Assembly: GCA_964057225.1 (NCBI GenBank) | Contig: OZ059896.1 | Coordinates: 19,716,001 to 19,780,000 of the forward strand | DNA: 64,000 bases | Reading direction: 5' to 3' | From: Auanema rhodensis | Taxonomy: Eukaryota > Animalia > Nematoda | Shown: piece by piece, positions 43,167 to 55,600 of the stretch | Numbering within the stretch: the first letter of the stretch is position 1 | Layout: the number at the start of each line of letters is the position of its first letter | Translations under genes and position numbers: made by a program | Notes under the pieces: generated by a model | Seen by the model: the letters and a program-made list of their open reading frames with translations, nothing else | What the model was told of the DNA's origin: nothing | Databases searched by the model: none

Positions 43167-46100
43167 TGATAACACAGATCGACGCAGCTTAAAAATCCGC
43201 ATCGAATGCACTATACTACATTGAGAAACGCTTAATACAAAAATTAGTTATGATCGTTTGAAAAATGACGCATTAGTGTATGTTGAGTTTCCATGTACAC
43301 TCAACATTGCTTCCAAAAACATTTTCACAAAAATTTTTTCGAAAAATTTCAAAATAATTTAGCAAAAAGTAGATGTTTTTAGATTCCATTTTTCAAGGCA
43401 AAGACGATGGACAGTGTTATTCAACGAAAAAATTAATTCTTCAGGGTGAAAATCGAGGATATAAGTGTGAACTTGTATAAGTTGATATCTCGGTGCATTT
43501 TTAAGCTAGCGCAAATCTGATAACACAGATCGACGCAGCTTAAAAATCCGCATCGAATGCACTATACTACATTGAGAAACGCTTAATACAAAAATTAGTT
43601 ATGATCGTTTGAAAAATGATGCATTAGTGTATGTTGAGTTTCCATGTACACTCAACATTGCTTCCAAAAACATTTTGACAAAAATTTTTTCGAAAAATTT
43701 CAAAATAATTTAGCAAAAAGTAGATGTTTTTAGATTCCTTTTTTCAAGGCAAAGACGATGGACAATGTTATTCAACGAAAAAATTAATTCTTCAGGGTGA
43801 AAATCGAGAATATAAGTGTGAACTTATATCAGTTGATATCTCGGTGCATTTTTAAGCTAGCGCAAATCTGATAACACAGATCGACGCAGCTTAAAAATCC
43901 GCATCGAATGCACTATACTACATTGAGAAACGCTTAATACAAAAATTAGTTATGATCGTTTGAAAAATGATGCATTAGTGTATGTTGAGTTTCCATGTAC
44001 ACTCAACATTGCTTCCAAAAACATTTTGACAAAAATTTTTTCGAAAAATTTCAAAATAATTTAGCAAAAAGTAGATGTTTTTAGATTCCATTTTTCAAGG
44101 CAAAGACGATGGACAATGTTATTCAACGAAAAAATTAATTCTTCAGGGTGAAAATCGAGGATATAAGTGTGAACTTGTATAAGTTGATATCTCGGTGCAT
44201 TTTTAAGCTAGCGCAAATCTGATAATACAGATCGACGCAGCTTAAAAATCCGCATCGAATGCACTATACTACATTGAGAAACGCTTAATACAAAAATTAG
44301 TTATGATCGTTTGAAAAATGATGCATTAGTGTATGTTGAGTTTCCATGTACACTCAACATTGCTTCCAAAAACATTTTGACAAAAATTTTTTCGAAAAAT
44401 TTCAAAATAATTTAGCAAAAAGTAGATGTTTTTAGATTCCTTTTTTCAAGGCAAAGACGATGGACAATGTTATTCAACGAAAAAATTAATTCTTCAGGGT
44501 GAAAATCGAGAATATAAGTGTGAACTTATATCAGTTGATATCTCGGTGCATTTTTAAGCTAGCGCAAATCTGATAACACAGATCGACGCAGCTTAAAAAT
44601 CCGCATCGAATGCACTATACTACATTGAGAAACGCTTAATACAAAAATTAGTTATGATCGTTTGAAAAATGATGCATTAGTGTATGTTGAGTTTCCATGT
44701 ACACTCAACATTGCTTCCAAAAACATTTTCACAAAAATTTTTTCGAAAAATTTCAAAATAATTTAGCAAAAAGTAGATGTTTTTAGATTCCATTTTTCAA
44801 GGCAAAGACGATGGACAATGTTATTCAACGAAAAAATTAATTCTTTAGGGTGAAAATCGAGGATATAAGTGTGAACTTGTATAAGTTGATATCTCGGTGC
44901 ATTTTTAAGCTAGCGCAAATCTGATAACACAGATCGACGCAGCTTGAAAATCCGCATCGAATGCACTATACTACATTGAGAAACGCTTAATACAAAAATT
45001 AGTTATGATCGTTTGAAAAATGATGCATTAGTGTATGTTGAGTTTCCATGTACACTCAACATTGCTTCCAAAAACATTTTGACAAAAATTTTTTCGAAAA
45101 ATTTCAAAATAATTTAGCAAAAAGTAGATGTTTTTAGATTCCTTTTTTCAAGGCAAAGACGATGGACAATGTTATTCAACGAAAAAATTAATTCTTCAGG
45201 GTGAAAATCGAGAATATAAGTGTGAACTTATATCAGTTGATATCTCGGTGCATTTTTAAGCTAGCGCAAATCTGATAACACAGATCGACGCAGCTTAAAA
45301 ATCCGCATCGAATGCACTATACTACATTGAGAAACGCTTAATACAAAAATTAGTTATGATCGTTTGAAAAATGATGCATTAGTGTATGTTGAGTTTCCAT
45401 GTACACTCAACATTGCTTCCAAAAACATTTTGACAAAAATTTTTTCGAAAAATTTCAAAATAATTTAGCAAAAAGTAGATGTTTTTAGATTCCTTTTTTC
45501 AAGGCAAAGACGATGGACATTGTTATTCAACGAAAAAATTAATTCTTCAGGGTGAAAATCGAGGATATAAGTGTGAACTTATATCAGTTGATATCTCGGT
45601 GCATTTTTAAGCTAGCGCAAATCTGATAACACAGATCGACGCAGCTTAAAAATCCGCATCGAATGCACTATACTACATTGAGAAACGCTTAATACAAAAA
45701 TTAGTTATGATCGTTTGAAAAATGACGCATTAGTGTATGTTGAGTTTCCATGTACACTCAACATTGCTTCCAAAAACATTTTCACAAAAATTTTTTCGAA
45801 AAATTTCAAAATAATTTAGCAAAAAGTAGATGTTTTTAGATTCCATTTTTCAAGGCAAAGACGATGGACAGTGTTATTCAACGAAAAAATTAATTCTTCA
45901 GGGTGAAAATCGAGGATATAAGTGTGAACTTGTATAAGTTGATATCTCGGTGCATTTTTAAGCTAGCGCAAATCTGATAACACAGATCGACGCAGCTTAA
46001 AAATCCGCATCGAATGCACTATACTACATTGAGAAACGCTTAATACAAAAATTAGTTATGATCGTTTGAAAAATGATGCATTAGTGTATGTTGAGTTTCC

Positions 46101-48431
46101 ATGTACACTCAACATTGCTTCCAAAAACATTTTGACAAAAATTTTTTCGAAAAATTTCAAAATAATTTAGCAAAAAGTAGATGTTTTTAGATTCCTTTTT
46201 TCAAGGCAAAGACGATGGACAATGTTATTCAACGAAAAAATTAATTCTTCAGGGTGAAAATCGAGAATATAAGTGTGAACTTATATCAGTTGATATCTCG
46301 GTGCATTTTTAAGCTAGCGCAAATCTGATAACACAGATCGACGCAGCTTAAAAATCCGCATCGAATGCACTATACTACATTGAGAAACGCTTAATACAAA
46401 AATTAGTTATGATCGTTTGAAAAATGATGCATTAGTGTATGTTGAGTTTCCATGTACACTCAACATTGCTTCCAAAAACATTTTGACAAAAATTTTTTCG
46501 AAAAATTTCAAAATAATTTAGCAAAAAGTAGATGTTTTTAGATTCCATTTTTCAAGGCAAAGACGATGGACAATGTTATTCAACGAAAAAATTAATTCTT
46601 CAGGGTGAAAATCGAGGATATAAGTGTGAACTTGTATAAGTTGATATCTCGGTGCATTTTTAAGCTAGCGCAAATCTGATAATACAGATCGACGCAGCTT
46701 AAAAATCCGCATCGAATGCACTATACTACATTGAGAAACGCTTAATACAAAAATTAGTTATGATCGTTTGAAAAATGATGCATTAGTGTATGTTGAGTTT
46801 CCATGTACACTCAACATTGCTTCCAAAAACATTTTGACAAAAATTTTTTCGAAAAATTTCAAAATAATTTAGCAAAAAGTAGATGTTTTTAGATTCCTTT
46901 TTTCAAGGCAAAGACGATGGACAATGTTATTCAACGAAAAAATTAATTCTTCAGGGTGAAAATCGAGAATATAAGTGTGAACTTATATCAGTTGATATCT
47001 CGGTGCATTTTTAAGCTAGCGCAAATCTGATAACACAGATCGACGCAGCTTAAAAATCCGCATCGAATGCACTATACTACATTGAGAAACGCTTAATACA
47101 AAAATTAGTTATGATCGTTTGAAAAATGATGCATTAGTGTATGTTGAGTTTCCATGTACACTCAACATTGCTTCCAAAAACATTTTCACAAAAATTTTTT
47201 CGAAAAATTTCAAAATAATTTAGCAAAAAGTAGATGTTTTTAGATTCCATTTTTCAAGGCAAAGACGATGGACAATGTTATTCAACGAAAAAATTAATTC
47301 TTTAGGGTGAAAATCGAGGATATAAGTGTGAACTTGTATAAGTTGATATCTCGGTGCATTTTTAAGCTAGCGCAAATCTGATAACACAGATCGACGCAGC
47401 TTGAAAATCCGCATCGAATGCACTATACTACATTGAGAAACGCTTAATACAAAAATTAGTTATGATCGTTTGAAAAATGATGCATTAGTGTATGTTGAGT
47501 TTCCATGTACACTCAACATTGCTTCCAAAAACATTTTGACAAAAATTTTTTCGAAAAATTTCAAAATAATTTAGCAAAAAGTAGATGTTTTTAGATTCCT
47601 TTTTTCAAGGCAAAGACGATGGACAATGTTATTCAACGAAAAAATTAATTCTTCAGGGTGAAAATCGAGAATATAAGTGTGAACTTATATCAGTTGATAT
47701 CTCGGTGCATTTTTAAGCTAGCGCAAATCTGATAACACAGATCGACGCAGCTTAAAAATCCGCATCGAATGCACTATACTACATTGAGAAACGCTTAATA
47801 CAAAAATTAGTTATGATCGTTTGAAAAATGATGCATTAGTGTATGTTGAGTTTCCATGTACACTCAACATTGCTTCCAAAAACATTTTGACAAAAATTTT
47901 TTCGAAAAATTTCAAAATAATTTAGCAAAAAGTAGATGTTTTTAGATTCCTTTTTTCAAGGCAAAGACGATGGACATTGTTATTCAACGAAAAAATTAAT
48001 TCTTCAGGGTGAAAATCGAGGATATAAGTGTGAACTTATATCAGTTGATATCTCGGTGCATTTTTAAGCTAGCGCAAATCTGATAACACAGATCGACGCA
48101 GCTTAAAAATCCGCATCGAATGCACTATACTACATTGAGAAACGCTTAATACAAAAATTAGTTATGATCGTTTGAAAAATGACGCATTAGTGTATGTTGA
48201 GTTTCCATGTACACTCAACATTGCTTCCAAAAACATTTTCACAAAAATTTTTTCGAAAAATTTCAAAATAATTTAGCAAAAAGTAGATGTTTTTAGATTC
48301 CATTTTTCAAGGCAAAGACGATGGACAGTGTTATTCAACGAAAAAATTAATTCTTCAGGGTGAAAATCGAGGATATAAGTGTGAACTTGTATAAGTTGAT
48401 ATCTCGGTGCATTTTTAAGCTAGCGCAAATC
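43167..48431. repeat. Apparently perfect 7-mer HOR (2,457-bp period, just over 2 copies)
   Basis: GATAATAC (monomers 44220, 46677), TTCTTTAGG (44571, 47028), GCTTGAAAA (44922, 47379) and TGACGC (43167, 45624, 48081) all recur at 2,457 bp. Confidence 0.9.
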
Positions 48432-49133
48432 TGATAACACAGATCGACGCAGCTTAAAAATCCGCATCGAATGCACTATACTACATTGAGAAACGCTTAA
48501 TACAAAAATTAGTTATGATCGTTTGAAAAATGACGCATTAGTGTATGTTGAGTTTCCATGTACACTCAACATTGCTTCCAAAAACATTTTCACAAAAATT
48601 TTTTCGAAAAATTTCAAAATAATTTAGCAAAAAGTAGATGTTTTTAGATTCCATTTTTCAAGGCAAAGACGATGGACAGTGTTATTCAACGAAAAAATTA
48701 ATTCTTCAGGGTGAAAATCGAGGATATAAGTGTGAACTTGTATAAGTTGATATCTCGGTGCATTTTTAAGCTAGCGCAAATCTGATAACACAGATCGACG
48801 CAGCTTAAAAATCCGCATCGAATGCACTATACTACATTGAGAAACGCTTAATACAAAAATTAGTTATGATCGTTTGAAAAATGATGCATTAGTGTATGTT
48901 GAGTTTCCATGTACACTCAACATTGCTTCCAAAAACATTTTGACAAAAATTTTTTCGAAAAATTTCAAAATAATTTAGCAAAAAGTAGATGTTTTTAGAT
49001 TCCTTTTTTCAAGGCAAAGACGATGGACAATGTTATTCAACGAAAAAATTAATTCTTCAGGGTGAAAATCGAGAATATAAGTGTGAACTTATATCAGTTG
49101 ATATCTCGGTGCATTTTTAAGCTAGCGCAAATC

Positions 49134-52100
49134 TGATAACACAGATCGACGCAGCTTAAAAATCCGCATCGAATGCACTATACTACATTGAGAAACGCTT
49201 AATACAAAAATTAGTTATGATCGTTTGAAAAATGATGCATTAGTGTATGTTGAGTTTCCATGTACACTCAACATTGCTTCCAAAAACATTTTGACAAAAA
49301 TTTTTTCGAAAAATTTCAAAATAATTTAGCAAAAAGTAGATGTTTTTAGATTCCTTTTTTCAAGGCAAAGACGATGGACAATGTTATTCAACGAAAAAAT
49401 TAATTCTTCAGGGTGAAAATCGAGGATATAAGTGTGAACTTATATCAGTTGATATCTCGGTGCATTTTTAAGCTAGCGCAAATCTCATAACACAGATCGA
49501 CGCAGCTTAAAAATCCGCATCGAATGCACTATACTACATTGAGAAACGCTTAATACAAGAATTAGTTATGATCGTTTGAAAAATGATGCATTAGTGTATG
49601 TTGAGTTTCCATGTACACTCAACATTGCTTCCAAAAACATTTTGACAAAAATTTTTTCGAAAAATTTCAAAATAATTAGGCAAAAAGTAGATGTTTTTAG
49701 ATTCCTTTTTTCAAGGCAAAGACGATGGACAATGTTATTCAACGAAAAAATTAATTCTTCAGGGTGAAAATCGAGGATATAAGTGTGAACTTATATCAGT
49801 TGATGTCTCGGTGCACTTTTAAGCTAGCGCAAATCTGATAACACAGATCGACGCAGCTTAAAAATCCGCATCAAATGCACTATACTACATTGAGAAACGC
49901 TTAATACAAAAATTAGTTATGATCGTTTGAAAAATGATGCATTAGTGTATGTTGAGTTTCCATGTACACTCAACATTGCTTCCAAAAACATTTTGACAAA
50001 AATTTTTTCGAAAAATTTCTAAATAATTTAGCAGAAAGTAGATGTTTTTAGATTCTTTTTTTCAAGGCAAAGACGATGGACAATGTTATTCAACGAAAAA
50101 ATTAGTTCTTCAGGGTGAAAATCGAGGATATAAGTGTGAACTTATATCAGTTGATATCTCGGTGCATTTTTAAGCTAGCGCAAATCTGATAACACAGATC
50201 GACGCAGCTTAAAAATCTGCATCGAATGCACTATACTACATTGAGAAACGCTTAATACAAAAATTAGTTATGATCGTTTGAAAAATGATGCATTAGTGTA
50301 TGTTGAGTTTCCATGTACACTCAACATTGCTTCCAAAAACATTTTGACAAAAATTTTTTCGAAAAATTTCAAAATAATTTAGCAAAAAGTAGATGTTTTT
50401 AGATTCCTTTTTTCAAGGCAAAGACGATGGACATTGTTATTCAACAAAAAAATTAATTCTTCAGGGTGAAAATCGAGGATATAAGTGTGAACTTATATCA
50501 GTTGATATCTCGGTGCATTTTTAAGCTAGCGCAAATCTGATAACACAGATCGACGCAGCTTAAAAATCCGCATCGAATGCACTATACTACATTGAGAAAC
50601 GCTTAATACAAAAATTAGTTATGATCGTTTGAAAAATGATGCATTAGTGTATGTTGAGTTTCCATGTACACTCAACATTGCTTCCAAAAACATTTTGACA
50701 AAAATTTTTTCGAAAAATTTCAAAATAATTTAGCAAAAAGTAGATGTTTTTAGATTCCTTTTTTCAAGGCAAAGACGATGGACATTGTTATTCAACGAAA
50801 AAATTAATTCTTCAGGGTGAAAATCGAGGATATAAGTGTGAACTTATATCAGTTGATGTCTCGGTGCATTTTTAAGCTAGCGCAAATCTGATAACACAGA
50901 TCGACGCAGCTTAAAAATCCGCATCGAATGCACTATACTACATTGAGAAACGCTTAATACAAAAATTAGTTATGATCGTTTGAAAAATGATGCATTAGTG
51001 TATGTTGAGTTTCCATGTACACTCAACATTGCTTCCAAAAACATTTTGACAAAAATTTTTTCGAAAAATTTCTAAATAATTTAGCAGAAAGTAGATGTTT
51101 TTAGATTCTTTTTTTCAAGGCAAAGACGATGGACAATGTTATTCAACGAAAAAATTAGTTCTTCAGGGTGAAAATCGAGGATATAAGTGTGAACTTGTAT
51201 GAGTTGATATCTCGGTGCATTTTTAAGCTAGCGCAAATCTCATAACACAGATCGACGCAGCTTAAAAATCCGCATCGAATGCACTATACTACATTGAGAA
51301 ACGCTTAATACAAGAATTAGTTATGATCGTTTGAAAAATGATGCATTAGTGTATGTTGAGTTGCCATGTACACTCAACATTGCTTCCAAAAACATTTTGA
51401 CAAAAATTTTTTCGAAAAATTTCAAAATAATTAGGCAAAAAGTAGATGTTTTTAGATTCCTTTTTTCAAGGCAAAGACGATGGACAATGTTATTCAACGA
51501 AAAAATTAATTCTTCAGGGTGAAAATCGAGGATATAAGTGTGAACTTATATCAGTTGATGTCTCGGTGCACTTTTAAGCTAGCGCAAATCTGATAACACA
51601 GATCGACGCAGCTTAAAAATCCGCATCAAATGCACTATACTACATTGAGAAACGCTTACTACAAAAATTAGTTATGATCGTTTGAAAAATGATGCATTAG
51701 TGTATGTTGAGTTTCCATGTACACTCAACATTGCTTCCAAAAACATTTTGACAAAAATTTTTTCGAAAAATTTCGAAATAATTTAGCAAAAAGTAGATGT
51801 TTTTAGATTCCTTTTTTCAAGGCAAAGACGATTGACAATGTTATTCAACGAAAAAATTAATTCTTCAGGGTGAAAATCGAGGATATAAGTGTGAACTTAT
51901 ATCAGTTGATATCTCGGTGCATTTTTAAGCTAGCGCAAATCTGATAACACAGATCGACGCAGCTTAAAAATCCGCATCGAATGCACTAAACTACATTGAG
52001 AAACGCTTAATACAAAAATTAGTTATGATCGTTTGAAAAATGATGCATTAGTGTATGTTGAGTTTCCATGTACACTCAACATTGCTTCCAAAAACATTTT

Positions 52101-52643
52101 GACAAAAATTTTTTCGAATAATTTCAAAATAATTTAGCAAAAAGTAGATGTTTTTAGATTCCTTTTTTCAAGGCAAAGACGATGGACATTGTTATTCAAC
52201 GAAAAAATTAATTCTTCAGGGTGAAAATCGAGGATATAAGTGTGAACTTATATCAGTTGATATCTCGGTGCATTTTTAAGCTAGCGCAAATCTGATAACA
52301 CAGATCGACGCAGCTTAAAAATCCGCATCGAATGCACTATACTACATTGAGAAACGCTTAATACAAAAATTAGTTATGATCGTTTGAAAAATGATGCATT
52401 AGTGTATGTTGAGTTTCCATGTACACTCAACATTGCTTCCAAAAACATTTTGACAAAAATTTTTTCGAAAAATTTCAAAATAATTTAGCAAAAAGTAGAT
52501 GTTTTTAGATTCCTTTTTTCAAGGCAAAGACGATGGACATTGTTATTCAACGAAAAAATTAATTCTTCAGGGTGAAAATCGAGGATATAAGTGTGAACTT
52601 ATATCAGTTGATATCTCGGTGCATTTTTAAGCTAGCGCAAATC
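49134..52643. repeat. Transition zone containing diverged domain-A-type monomers
   Basis: [G2C,A75G,A321G,T332C] monomers at 49485 and 51240 are each followed by a G38A monomer. Many private SNPs occur here (ATTAGGC, ATTAGTTC, GTTGCCA, CTTACTA, TTCGAATA). Confidence 0.85.
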
Positions 52644-55600
52644 TGATAACACAGATCGACGCAGCTTAAAAATCCGCATCGAATGCACTATACTATATTG
52701 AGAAACGCTTAATACAAAAATTAGTTATGATCGTTTGAAAAATGATGCATTAGTGTATGTTGAGTTTCCATGTACACTCAACATTGCTTCCAAAAACATT
52801 TTGACAAAAATTTTTTCGAAAAATTTCAAAATAATTTAGCAAAAAGTAGATGTTTTTAGATTCCTTTTTTCAAGGCAAAGACGATGGACAATGTTATTCA
52901 ACGAAAAAATTAATTCTTCAGGGTGAAAATCGAGGATATAAGTGTGAACATATATCAGTTGATATCTCGGTGCATTTTTAAGCTAGCGCAAATCTGATAA
53001 CACAGATCGACGCAGCTTAAAAATCCGCATCGAATGCACTATACTACATTGAGAAACGCTTAATACAAAAATTAGTTATGATCGTTTGAAAAAGGATGCA
53101 TTAGTGTATGTTGAGTTTCCATGTACACTCAACATTGCTTCCAAAAACATTTTGACAAAAATTTTTTCGAAAAATTTCTAAATAATTTAGCAAAAAGTAG
53201 ATGTTTTTAGATTCCTTTTTTTAAGGCAAAGACGATGGACAATGTTATTCAACGAAAAAATTAATTCTTCAGGGTGAAAATCGAGGATATAAGTGTGAAC
53301 TTATATCAGTTGATATCTCGGTGCATTTTTAAGCTAGCGCAAATCTGATAACACAGATCGACGCAGCTTAAAAATCCGCATCGAATGCACTATACTACAT
53401 TGAGAAACGCTTAATACAAAAATTAGTTATGATCGTTTGAAAAATGATGCATTAGTGTATGTTGAGTTTCCATGTACACTCAACATTGCTTCCAAAAACA
53501 TTTTGACAAAAATTTTTTCGAAAAATTTCGAAATAATTTAGCAAAAAGTAGAAGTTTTTAGATTCCTTTTTTCAAGGCAAAGACGATTGACAATGTTATT
53601 CAACGAAAAAATTAATTCTTCAGGGTGAAAATCGAGGATATAAGTGTGAACTTATATCAGTTGATATCTCGGTGCATTTTTAAGCTAGCGCAAATCTGAT
53701 AACACAGATCGACGAAGCTTAAAAATCCGCATCGAATGCACTACACTACATTGAGAAACGCTTAATACAAAAATTAGTTATGATCGTTTGAAAAATGATG
53801 CATTAGTGTATGTTGAGTTTCCATGTACACTCAACATTGCTTCCAAAAACATTTTGACAAAAATTTTTTCGAAAAATTTCAAAATAATTTAGCAAAAAGT
53901 AGATGTTTTTAGATTCCTTTTTTCAAGGCAAAGACGATGGACATTGTTATTCAACGAAAAAATTAATTCTTCAGGGTGAAAATCGAGGATATAAGTGTGA
54001 ACTTATATCAGTTGATATCTCGGTGCATTTTTAAGCTAGCGCAAATCTGATAACACAGATCGACGCAGCTTAAAAATCCGCATCGAATGCACTATACTAT
54101 ATTGAGAAACGCTTAATACAAAAATTAGTTATGATCGTTTGAAAAATGATGCATTAGTGTATGTTGAGTTTCCATGTACACTCAACATTGCTTCCAAAAA
54201 CATTTTGACAAAAATTTTTTCGAAAAATTTCAAAATAATTTAGCAAAAAGTAGATGTTTTTAGATTCCTTTTTTCAAGGCAAAGACGATGGACAATGTTA
54301 TTCAACGAAAAAATTAATTCTTCAGGGTGAAAATCGAGGATATAAGTGTGAACATATATCAGTTGATATCTCGGTGCATTTTTAAGCTAGCGCAAATCTG
54401 ATAACACAGATCGACGCAGCTTAAAAATCCGCATCGAATGCACTATACTACATTGAGAAACGCTTAATACAAAAATTAGTTATGATCGTTTGAAAAATGA
54501 TGCATTAGTGTATGTTGAGTTTCCATGTACACTCAACATTGCTTCCAAAAACATTTTGACAAAAATTTTTTCGAAAAATTTCGAAATAATTTAGCAAAAA
54601 GTAGATGTTTTTAGATTCCTTTTTTCAAGGCAAAGACAATTAACAATGTTATTCAACGAAAAAATTAATTCTTCAGGGTGAAAATCGAGGATATAAGTGT
54701 GAACATATATCAGTTGATATCTCGGTGCATTTTTAAGCTAGCGCAAATCTGATAACACAGATCGACGCAGCTTAAAAATCCGCATCGAATGCACTATACT
54801 ACATTGAGAAACGCTTAATACAAAAATTAGTTATGATCGTTTGAAAAAGGATGCATTAGTGTATGTTGAGTTTCCATGTACACTCAACATTGCTTCCAAA
54901 AACATTTTGACAAAAATTTTTTCGAAAAATTTCTAAATAATTTAGCAAAAAGTAGATGTTTTTAGATTCCTTTTTTTAAGGCAAAGACGATGGACAATGT
55001 TATTCAACGAAAAAATTAATTCTTCAGGGTGAAAATCGAGGATATAAGTGTGAACTTATATCAGTTGATATCTCGGTGCATTTTTAAGCTAGCGCAAATC
55101 TGATAACACAGATCGACGCAGCTTAAAAATCCGCATCGAATGCACTATACTACATTGAGAAACGCTTAATACAAAAATTAGTTATGATCGTTTGAAAAAT
55201 GATGCATTAGTGTATGTTGAGTTTCCATGTACACTCAACATTGCTTCCAAAAACATTTTGACAAAAATTTTTTCGAAAAATTTCGAAATAATTTAGCAAA
55301 AAGTAGAAGTTTTTAGATTCCTTTTTTCAAGGCAAAGACGATTGACAATGTTATTCAACGAAAAAATTAATTCTTCAGGGTGAAAATCGAGGATATAAGT
55401 GTGAACTTATATCAGTTGATATCTCGGTGCATTTTTAAGCTAGCGCAAATCTGATAACACAGATCGACGAAGCTTAAAAATCCGCATCGAATGCACTACA
55501 CTACATTGAGAAACGCTTAATACAAAAATTAGTTATGATCGTTTGAAAAATGATGCATTAGTGTATGTTGAGTTTCCATGTACACTCAACATTGCTTCCA

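Larger units (their letters stand above)
17895..49133. repeat. Domain B: mosaic of two main alternating monomer classes with local 4-mer and 7-mer HORs
   Basis: Dominated by [G160C,T222A,A309G,C313A] (TTTTCACA, TTCCATTT, CTTGTATAAG) and [G292A] (GAGAATAT) monomers, plus [A248T] and [T103C,A248G] types. The domain-A markers C14T, G2C and T332C are absent. Confidence 0.88.

Noticed and set aside
1495-51522. Ten copies of a 63-68 aa plus-strand ORF (MKNDALVY...)
   Set aside because: Each starts at a TTG at monomer position 92 and exists only where T194C or the ATTAGG variant removes the consensus TAG. More than 90% of copies have the stop, there is no recognisable domain, and the 68-aa form is a second stop-loss SNP.
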